From Octopus vulgaris (Eukaryota), in assembly GCA_951406725.2 (NCBI GenBank), contig OX597818.1:96968001-97032000 (forward strand): DNA of 64,000 nt, given 5' to 3'. The notes beneath the pieces are model-generated. The model saw only the letters and a list, made by a program, of their open reading frames with translations, did no database searches and was not told the origin of the DNA. Of the stretch, positions 62,301 through 64,000 are shown piece after piece. Each line of letters begins with the position of its first letter. The first letter of the stretch is position 1. The position numbers and the translations under genes were made by a program.

Positions 62301-64000
62301 CTAAGTATTATGTACTCTAAATCTTGGCATATTGTTTTCCTATTTCACATTTGGGAGCCACAATTTAATCCTTTAATTTAGTAAGGTTTGGGTATTTATT
62401 TAGGCTTTAATAATACTAATAAATCACTGGGGAAAGAAGTGCTGAACTTATGTTGCTTTCTAGCCTAAATGACTCGACATTGAGGAATATTTCTTCTCAT
62501 TTGATCTCTTTGTAGTGTTAAGTATTATGGACATTATTTATTCTTCTCTTATTACATTGGCTACTTTTACTAGTGATTACTGTGGTAGCCATCGTCATAT
62601 ATGGTCTTAAATCCTCTTCATACAATTACCATGTACCTTTTTTTCATGCTGCACTGGCATCAGAGAAAAATTTTCTCGCAGGTAGGAAAGTTTTTTAATC
62701 CACAACCAACTATAACTGTGCCTTGATAAACAGTGTTGTTATGTTTGTTCGTATCATGTGTCTTTTCCTCTTCACAACCTCACTTCTTCAGAGCATTTTG
62801 GCATCTTTATATACTTCTAAAATACTTATTTTTTTAAAGCTCATTCAGGAAATTTATAATTTTTAGAGGAGTTTATCTTGTTGGCATTAAAATATAAACA
62901 TAGCTACAATGTTGGGTTCTATTGGTGAGTTCTATAAACATAAGATGAAAGCATGTCTTTAAATTATATTTCATTATTATGTAGTTAATAACACAAGTCT
63001 GTATTGACCTTATATTACCTTTTACAAAAAAAAAATTAAACTACTCCAATTTTTTAAACATCAGTTCCAATATTTATGTTTATGGCATTGTTAGTCCGCA
63101 TGTTTACAAAAAGGTTTTATATTTTATGCTAAACACTATTAAATTTCTGTCTGAATTTTCAAATATTTTCCCATTCACTTGTTCTAGCAAAATTGTGTGA
63201 ATCACATGTATGTGTAGTCAATAGACACATTGTTTTGTAACTTTCATCTCTCAAACACCAACTATTATTTAGTGTACTGCTTTGAAATGTTCACAAAGGT
63301 TGAACATAAAAGCCAATTTAATTTCTGGATCATTGCTATTATGCTGCTTTGACCTGAAAGATATTTCTTGAGTTCTGAAAGATATATTGAACTTTATTGT
63401 ACTGTCCCAAAATCACTGGTTTAGCTATTATGGCTGGGTTAAAAATATTGGTATTAAATTCATCCAATTTCAAAACCCATTACTGAGTAACACAGCACCT
63501 ATTTCTAATAGACTTATATTGACACCAAGTTTGCATGCAAGAGTTCAGCGCATGTCCAGAATCAATGAAAATGGTTTAAAAATTAGCCTAAAAGTTGATA
63601 GTATTATTGCCTAATAAGTAAATGCTAATCTATGTGACTGTCTATTGACATTGTAAAGCAACATTGTTTATTGCATGCTATAAAAAGTTAGGTAGGGACA
63701 TATTTTGTTCCTTCTAAAACAGGACCATAACAAAGTTTTTGTCATATCTTAACTATGACATAAATACTATTTGCTTTTAACTGCTTAGAAACATTAACAA
63801 GCTAATATTAAATTAAAGACTATGTGTTATATGTGATGTTGGCCATGAATTAAATGCTTTAATTATTCTGGTGTAAAATATCTTTTATGTTGACAATTTC
63901 ATATTTTTAAATGGTGAGAACATACTCTGAATTGAGTATTATGCCAAACTTGAATAATTTGGGCAAAATTCCCTATAAGGTTAATGTACAGAATTTTTTT

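Overview
AT-rich, repeat-dense metazoan genomic DNA. The SINE/LINE repertoire suggests a cephalopod, probably octopus; this is inferred, not verified. Two intron-rich genes diverge from a CpG-retaining central region. On the - strand is a CCDC15-like coiled-coil gene: seven coding exons were read manually from 33837 down to 129, at least one internal exon is unresolved, and the 3' end lies outside the window. On the + strand are the first two coding exons of a PP2A 65-kDa scaffold subunit A gene (41414-41494, 54373-54463). Most ORFs in the supplied track are microsatellite or repeat artefacts. The rest is introns and intergenic DNA filled with tRNA-derived SINEs, decayed RTE LINEs, mariner/Tc1 relics, and piggyBac-, hAT- and Merlin-like MITEs. 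The most notable unannotated signals are: three decayed CRE-clade (restriction-like endonuclease) retrotransposon ends, one followed by degenerate telomeric repeats; a fold-back element carrying a variant hammerhead-like motif; a tandem array of conserved stem-loops in the RTE 3'UTR; a near-perfect 172-bp SINE hairpin with a single TSD; a TTAGGG/G4-carrying MITE family; and an exon whose acceptor AG directly follows a (UG)n(UA)n microsatellite.
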